Source of the DNA: Methanothermococcus sp. SCGC AD-155-E23
GTDB lineage: Archaea; AGJL01; Methanococci; Methanococcales; Methanococcaceae
Direction of reading: 5' to 3'
DNA length: 24,000 nt
Assembly (NCBI GenBank): GCA_019561615.1
Contig: JAHEQA010000032.1
Span: 28,708 to 52,707, forward strand
The notes under the pieces were generated by a model, which saw only the letters and a list, made by a program, of their open reading frames with translations, was not told the DNA's origin and did no database searches. Both the position numbers and the translations under genes were made by a program. Shown here piece by piece: positions 19,341 to 24,000 of this stretch. The number at the start of each line of letters is the position of its first letter. Position 1 is the stretch's first letter.

Positions 19341-19780
19341 GGAAGATAGATCCTATTTTTGTTTCAGCTCTATACTACGGGATAAACAAAGCTGTGGTAG
19401 ATATTGTAGGTACAGGAGGACAGGTTCTTGGTAGGGAAAGTGCAAAGGAGATGATATCCTTTTTGAAAGAGAAGGGTATATTGAAAGAGAACATGACAGA
19501 TAAGGAGATAAGGGATCTCTTTGTTAACGTATTTGGGTTGGCAGAGGATTTAAAAATTGAAGATAGGGAGGAAGAGGTAGTGTTTCAAGTGATAAAACCT
19601 ACTCTCTCTCCATTTCTAGAGAGGGTGATGAAGGAGAGGATAACACCCTATGTCTGTCCATTTATGTACTTACTCTCGGAGATTTACTCTCAGAATAGAG
19701 ACTACAAGTTGATGTTTAAAAATACAGTCCCTGGGAAAGAAGGTGTAAAATTAATCTTTAAAAAAATTAAACTCTCTTAA
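19337..19780 (+). CDS. Hypothetical protein, possibly V4R-like (small-molecule-binding) domain
   Basis: 147 aa. The N-terminal part (AVVDIVGTGGQVLGRESAKEMISFLKEKGIL) and the C-terminal part (ITPYVCPFMYLLSEIYSQ) weakly recall V4R proteins. This is a low-certainty assignment. Confidence 0.4.
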   Translation: MRKIDPIFVSALYYGINKAVVDIVGTGGQVLGRESAKEMISFLKEKGILKENMTDKEIRDLFVNVFGLAEDLKIEDREEEVVFQVIKPTLSPFLERVMKERITPYVCPFMYLLSEIYSQNRDYKLMFKNTVPGKEGVKLIFKKIKLS

Positions 19781-20224
19781 TCCTTTTAACAGTACAGGTA
19801 GAATATAGAAGAGGGCTACAAACCCCCCTATAAAACCTGTTATAAATCTCAACTCGTTGAAGCTCTCCCTTAAACCTAGTAGTTGGGTGGTGCCATCAAT
19901 ACCCATGGGAATTAGTGCCAAAATTAGATACCATTTATTGGGAATCTTAAAGTTGTCCAATCCTCTAATAAAGGGGTATATCAACATCCCCACTAGAGCC
20001 CCTGTATAGATACCGAAACACCTGGCACATACCCCCATCTTGTGGTTGAATATGAAGTAACTTCTCTCAGGTAGCTGATGACAGATAGGGGAGTATATAC
20101 TGTAGATAAGAAGGGATAGCAGCCTATTTTTATCGTAGAGATAGGGGGCTAAAAAAATACCCAGGTAGAATATAAACAATAGAGAGAGGAAGGTGAGGTA
20201 GATATAGAGAAGCTTTTTCTCCAT
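19751..20224 (-). CDS. DUF2085-family membrane protein
   Basis: The signature SPICHQLPERSYFIFNHKMGVCARCFGIYTGALVG is present with flanking TM helices. I prefer the ATG at 20224, preceded by AAGGTGA. The track's GTG at 20236 lies inside that SD. Confidence 0.7.
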   Translation of the reverse strand: MEKKLLYIYLTFLSLLFIFYLGIFLAPYLYDKNRLLSLLIYSIYSPICHQLPERSYFIFNHKMGVCARCFGIYTGALVGMLIYPFIRGLDNFKIPNKWYLILALIPMGIDGTTQLLGLRESFNELRFITGFIGGFVALFYILPVLLKGLREFNFFKD

Positions 20225-20232
20225 GTTGTTAT

Positions 20233-20646
20233 TCACCTTCTTAACCTTCCGTAAAGTAACCCTCCAGTAAATCCAGAGATAGCACCTACTATAGTATAGA
20301 AGGGGATGTTCATCTTATAGTCGTTCACCACCATTATACTCTCCCTGTATATCAATTCAATGAAGTGATCCCCCGTGGAAGAAGCTATACCAACATCATT
20401 TATCACAGATGTTAGGATTATTAAAGTATCTAGACACCAGCTAACAAATCCTGCAATAAACCCACTTAATACCCCAGCTATTATATAGTCCATGTTACTC
20501 CTTGGAGATTCCCTACTCATGAGATAGGCAGTGATAACACCAGCGAGGATGTAGGGGAGAATAGAGAGGGGAAGTAGGGAAAAAAGTATCCCACCAATTA
20601 CTCCCCCAACAAGTACAGCTTTAGCCATTCCATCTCTATATGTCAT
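20233..20646 (-). CDS. 4-TM glycine-rich small membrane protein, paralogue 3 (DUF5518-like)
   Basis: 137 aa. It shares the family frame KAVLVGGVIGGI, AGVITAYLM, DYIIAGVLSGFIAGFVSW, GAISGFTGGLLYGR. A GAGGT SD is present. Confidence 0.65.
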   Translation of the reverse strand: MTYRDGMAKAVLVGGVIGGILFSLLPLSILPYILAGVITAYLMSRESPRSNMDYIIAGVLSGFIAGFVSWCLDTLIILTSVINDVGIASSTGDHFIELIYRESIMVVNDYKMNIPFYTIVGAISGFTGGLLYGRLRR

Positions 20647-20668
20647 AACTACTACCTCGAAGGATACC

Positions 20669-21067
20669 TTATTTTTTCTCTATCCATATCCTATAGAGTA
20701 TAGCTCCAATAACTCCAAAGGCAGCACCTATTATTATAGATATAAGGGCTCCTATCAGAAGTAAGAGGGCAGCCATTGTTAAATCTATGTCCGTAGAAGT
20801 CACTGTTCCAGATAGAAGGATGCCCCCCATATCTATCAACCAACTAACAAATCCTGCAATACCTCCACTTAGTGCCCCAGAGATGAGATAGTCTCTATCG
20901 CTGGGAAGGTACTCCTGGGTCAAGAGGTAGCCAGTAATAATACCAGATAAAAGGTAGAGGAGACAACTACAACTACCAAAAATAGGAAGAAAAGAAAAAA
21001 TAAGTACTAAAACCCCTGTAACAACCCCTCCAATTAGGGCAGCTTTAATCATCTCTCTATATCCCAT
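20669..21067 (-). CDS. 4-TM glycine-rich small membrane protein, paralogue 2 (DUF5518-like)
   Basis: 132 aa: KAALIGGVVTGV, GSCSCLLYLLSGIITGYLLTQEYLPSDRDYLISGALSGGIAGFVSW, IIIGAAFGVIGAILYR. Confidence 0.65.
   Translation of the reverse strand: MGYREMIKAALIGGVVTGVLVLIFSFLPIFGSCSCLLYLLSGIITGYLLTQEYLPSDRDYLISGALSGGIAGFVSWLIDMGGILLSGTVTSTDIDLTMAALLLLIGALISIIIGAAFGVIGAILYRIWIEKK
20840..20944 (-). repeat. 105-nt near-identical tract, copy A (within paralogue 2)
   Basis: It matches 21325-21429 at a constant offset of 485 nt with 3 mismatches (20900, 20932, 20933). The rest of the two genes is much more diverged. Confidence 0.85.
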
Positions 21068-21078
21068 ATATATCCCTG

Positions 21079-21552
21079 TTAACTTTTAGCCAACTCCTCT
21101 GTCACTACTCTATATATCACTGCTCCAATAGCTCCAAAGGCGGCACCTATTATTATGGATATGAAGAAACTTAGTAGAAGGATAATGGCAAACAGTATAA
21201 AGCCTATTTCAGCGGATTCCATGTATAAACTGGAGTAATACTGGGCCCCTACAGCCTTCATATAGGAGGCAGCTACTGTTCCAGATATAAGGATTTTCAC
21301 TATACCTACTATAGTACCTAATATCCAACTAACAAATCCTGCAATACCTCCACTTAGTGCCCCAGAGATGAGATAGTCTCTATCACTGGGAAGGTACTCC
21401 TGGGTCAAGAGGTAGCTGGTAATAATACCTGAGAGAGTATAGAGGAAACAGCAACAACAACCTCCTATAAGTGAAAAAAGAAAGGTTATTATTCCTGTAA
21501 TAACCCCTCCAATTAGGGCAGGTTTAACCATCTTCTCATTTATATACTCCAT
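21079..21552 (-). CDS. 4-TM glycine-rich small membrane protein, paralogue 1 (DUF5518-like) with a CCCC motif
   Basis: 157 aa: KPALIGGVITGI, GGCCCCFLYTLSGIITSYLLTQEYLPSDRDYLISGALSGGIAGFVSW, IIIGAAFGAIGAVIYR. An AGGTG SD is present, and the gene starts 12 nt after the tal stop. Confidence 0.65.
   Translation of the reverse strand: MEYINEKMVKPALIGGVITGIITFLFSLIGGCCCCFLYTLSGIITSYLLTQEYLPSDRDYLISGALSGGIAGFVSWILGTIVGIVKILISGTVAASYMKAVGAQYYSSLYMESAEIGFILFAIILLLSFFISIIIGAAFGAIGAVIYRVVTEELAKS
21325..21429 (-). repeat. 105-nt near-identical tract, copy B (within paralogue 1)
   Basis: See copy A. The tract encodes LLTQEYLPSDRDYLISGALSGGIAGFVSW. Confidence 0.85.
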
Positions 21553-21564
21553 AGTAACACCTGT

Positions 21565-22215
21565 TTATCTATTTTTCAAGTAGTTTTCCCAATCTCTCAT
21601 GAAGATATCTATACCTTGATCTGTCAAGGGATGGTGGAACATCTTCTCCAGTACCTGGGGAGGTATAGTAGCTACATGGGCCCCAAGTTTTGCAGCCTCA
21701 ATTACATGACGTGGATGTCTTATGGAGGCTACAATAACCTCTGTCTCTATCTGGTAGTTCCTGAATATGGTTACTACCTCCCTTACCACCTCCATACCTA
21801 TTTGGCCGTTGTCGTCTAATCTACCTACAAAGGGAGAGACGTAGGTTGCCCCAGCCTTTGCCGCAATTAGTGCCTGATTTGCAGAGAATACTAGGGTAAC
21901 GTTAGTTTTTACACCCTCCTCCGAGAGAATATTTACAGCCCTTATACCCTCCTTGGTCATAGGTATTTTAACCACTATGTTATCTGCAAGTTTTGAGAGC
22001 TCCCTGGCCTCCCTAACCATACCTTCAGTGTCTAGGGCTGTGACCTCCACACTTACAGGACCCTTTACAATCTCACATATCTCCCTAACTACCTCCTGGA
22101 AATCCCTCCCCTCCTTTGCAATTAAGGTTGGGTTTGTTGTAACCCCATCTACTATACCTAGCTGGGCATACTCCCTTATCCTCTCAACATCTGCAGTGTC
22201 CAGGAAAAACTTCAC
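21565..22215 (-). CDS. tal: Transaldolase / fructose-6-phosphate aldolase family (TalC-type)
   Basis: [53 protein letters not shown] prefer the second GTG at 22215, which gives MKFFLDTA. The GTG at 22224 lies inside the AGAGGTGA SD. Confidence 0.85.
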   Translation of the reverse strand: MKFFLDTADVERIREYAQLGIVDGVTTNPTLIAKEGRDFQEVVREICEIVKGPVSVEVTALDTEGMVREARELSKLADNIVVKIPMTKEGIRAVNILSEEGVKTNVTLVFSANQALIAAKAGATYVSPFVGRLDDNGQIGMEVVREVVTIFRNYQIETEVIVASIRHPRHVIEAAKLGAHVATIPPQVLEKMFHHPLTDQGIDIFMRDWENYLKNR

Positions 22216-22275
22216 ACCTTTCACCTCTAACCCTTTTTGATCATTATTCTAGTACCTCTCTTTATATACTTTATC

Positions 22276-23928
22276 TTATACCAACTCCTTTCCCATGTAG
22301 GGACCTATCCTTCTATATCCTAGCCTTCTGTAGTACTCCCTTACACCTATACCACTGGTAACAAGTATCTTCTTCATCTGGAACTCCTCCCTGGCTATCC
22401 TCTCAGCCTCCCTTAGGAGGGCTCTACCGTAACCCCTATGTTGCCATGCCATCTCCTCCCTATACTCCTCTTCAAATAACCCCTGCTCCTGACCACATAC
22501 ATGTAACTGTCTAACTAGTGCAGTTTTATCGTCTATCTCTGGTCTAAAGGGTTTATAGGGTATCCTCAACCTTAGGTATCCTATGAGTATATCTTTCTTA
22601 ACGTCCTCGAAGGATAGGAATATCTCATGACCTCCACTTGCACTGTAGTCCTCCCTACAGAGCTTTATATTCTCAGGGTCTGGATAGACACCCCTCTTGT
22701 AGATTACATGTCCCACCTCCCTACACCTGATACATCTACACCTTATACCTAACCTCTCTAGATTTTTGTATACCAACTCCCCTAAGTTGCTCTTCTTAAC
22801 CCCGTCTACAATAACATTTGCAGGGATGTCCCTCTGTATTCTAGATGTTCTAACCCACTTGGGCATTATGGACTTGGCATAGGTTATAATCTCCACAGCC
22901 TCCTCCTCTCTTATAGGTTTGAACTTCCCCTCCTTCCACAACTTGTAGAGTTTTGTACCCTCTATCACCAGACAGGGGTAGATCTTTACAAGGTCAGGTC
23001 TAAAATCTGGGTTGCTAAATATCTCCTTAAATACCTTCTTGTCCATCTCTATTGAGGAGCCTGGGAGACCTGGCATAATATGATAGGAGACCTTTAAACC
23101 ACTGTCCTTTAAAAGTTGTGTAGCCCTTATAGTGTCCTCTACTGTATGACCCCTTTCGATAAACTCCAGGATATCGTTGTATATGGTCTGAACACCTAAC
23201 TCCACCCTGGTAGTACCTAACTTGAGCATCTGGTTTATCTCCCTCTCACCACAGTAGTCAGGCCTAGTCTCCAGTGTAAGGGCAACACATCTATGTTTAG
23301 CAGTTTCATTTATCCTCTGTGCCTCCTCAAGGGTTCTGGAGGGTCTCTCGTTGAGGGCGTCTAGACATCCCTTTATAAAGTTATCCTGATACTCTATATC
23401 CCTGGCTGGAAATGTTCCACCCATGATTATAAGTTCCACCTTGTCTGTAGGATGTCCTATCTTCTCCAACTGCCTTATCCTCTCCCTGGTCTGGATGTAG
23501 GGATCGAAGTTGTACATAAGTCCTCTCATGGTGGCAGGCTCCCTACCGGTGTAACTTTGTGGCACATCTCCAAATACACTGTTTATACCTCCTGGGCAGA
23601 AGATACACTTTCCATGGGGACATTTTTCAGGTGACGTCATAACAGCTACAACTGCCACCCCTGAGATAGTTCTAACAGGTTTCTTCCTTAATATGGGGAT
23701 AAGTTCCCTCCTCTCCTCCTCTGTTGCATACCTTATAATCTCTGAGTTTGGAGGGAAACCTATCTCTAACTGGAACCTTCTAATACACTCCCTCTTAATC
23801 TCCTCTATTTTCTCCTTCCTCTTCTTGGGAGGGAGGTTTTTCAGTATCTCTTTTTTATCCAGTAGACTCTTAATTATGCACCTTATAAAGTCCCTGTAGG
23901 TGTTTTTGTCTACCTCTTTTACCTCCAT
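22276..23928 (-). CDS. elp3: Elp3-type radical-SAM plus GNAT tRNA wobble-uridine modification enzyme
   Basis: About 550 aa. A radical-SAM cluster motif (CPHGKCIFCPGG) is present. The sequence continues with TLETRPDYC, VELGVQTIYNDIL and a C-terminal GNAT domain (QHRGYGRALLREAERIA). I prefer the ATG at 23928, 4 nt after GGGTGAG. Confidence 0.9.
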   Translation of the reverse strand: MEVKEVDKNTYRDFIRCIIKSLLDKKEILKNLPPKKRKEKIEEIKRECIRRFQLEIGFPPNSEIIRYATEEERRELIPILRKKPVRTISGVAVVAVMTSPEKCPHGKCIFCPGGINSVFGDVPQSYTGREPATMRGLMYNFDPYIQTRERIRQLEKIGHPTDKVELIIMGGTFPARDIEYQDNFIKGCLDALNERPSRTLEEAQRINETAKHRCVALTLETRPDYCGEREINQMLKLGTTRVELGVQTIYNDILEFIERGHTVEDTIRATQLLKDSGLKVSYHIMPGLPGSSIEMDKKVFKEIFSNPDFRPDLVKIYPCLVIEGTKLYKLWKEGKFKPIREEEAVEIITYAKSIMPKWVRTSRIQRDIPANVIVDGVKKSNLGELVYKNLERLGIRCRCIRCREVGHVIYKRGVYPDPENIKLCREDYSASGGHEIFLSFEDVKKDILIGYLRLRIPYKPFRPEIDDKTALVRQLHVCGQEQGLFEEEYREEMAWQHRGYGRALLREAERIAREEFQMKKILVTSGIGVREYYRRLGYRRIGPYMGKELV

Positions 23929-24000
23929 GATTCTCACCCTTTTAAATATCGTTATATTTATAATAATAAATTAATAGTTAGAAAAAATTATCTAGTCTTC

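Noticed and set aside
19626-19632. Additional C-box-like heptamers (GTGATGA at 19626; ATGATGA near 13848-13854; others inside genes)
   Set aside because: No CUGA D or D' box follows at about 12 nt, there is no terminal stem, and all lie inside well-supported coding sequence.

Overview
This 24-kb window looks like a core chromosomal segment of a hyperthermophilic Methanococcales-type methanogen. Most proteins are collinear with enzymes I recall from Methanocaldococcus jannaschii: RibB, archaeal riboflavin synthase, CbiE, deoxyhypusine synthase, ThiC, FEN-1, SppA, ProRS, ArgB, transaldolase and Elp3. Genes are tightly packed, with GGTGA-type Shine-Dalgarno sites and BRE/TATA promoters. The Thr-Pro-Tyr-Lys-5S-Asp stable-RNA operon lies on the minus strand, next to a separate tRNA-Leu. 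I call 31 protein genes (3 frame-disrupted), 6 tRNAs, one 5S rRNA and one box C/D sRNA that an ORF track cannot show. I found no CRISPR array, transposase, integrase or recognisable defence or toxin gene, so this is not an obvious accessory island. The points most worth a second look are: (1) three conserved genes (ribB, sppA, an OB-fold/winged-helix gene) each broken by a 1-nt frameshift inside a short proline-codon C-run, while G9 and G7 runs in tRNA genes are exactly right; (2) a well-formed unannotated box C/D sRNA directly 3' of a membrane-anchored roadblock-like gene; (3) an operon pairing an internally duplicated PATAN/DUF4388-like protein with that roadblock-like protein, with no GTPase nearby; (4) three tandem 4-TM paralogues plus a DUF2085 protein, carrying a 105-nt near-identical tract that suggests gene conversion; (5) a DUF169 / thioredoxin-fold / small Cys protein / V4R-like operon; (6) several uncharacterised genes in conserved contexts. 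All family assignments come from reading the translations by eye, with no database search.
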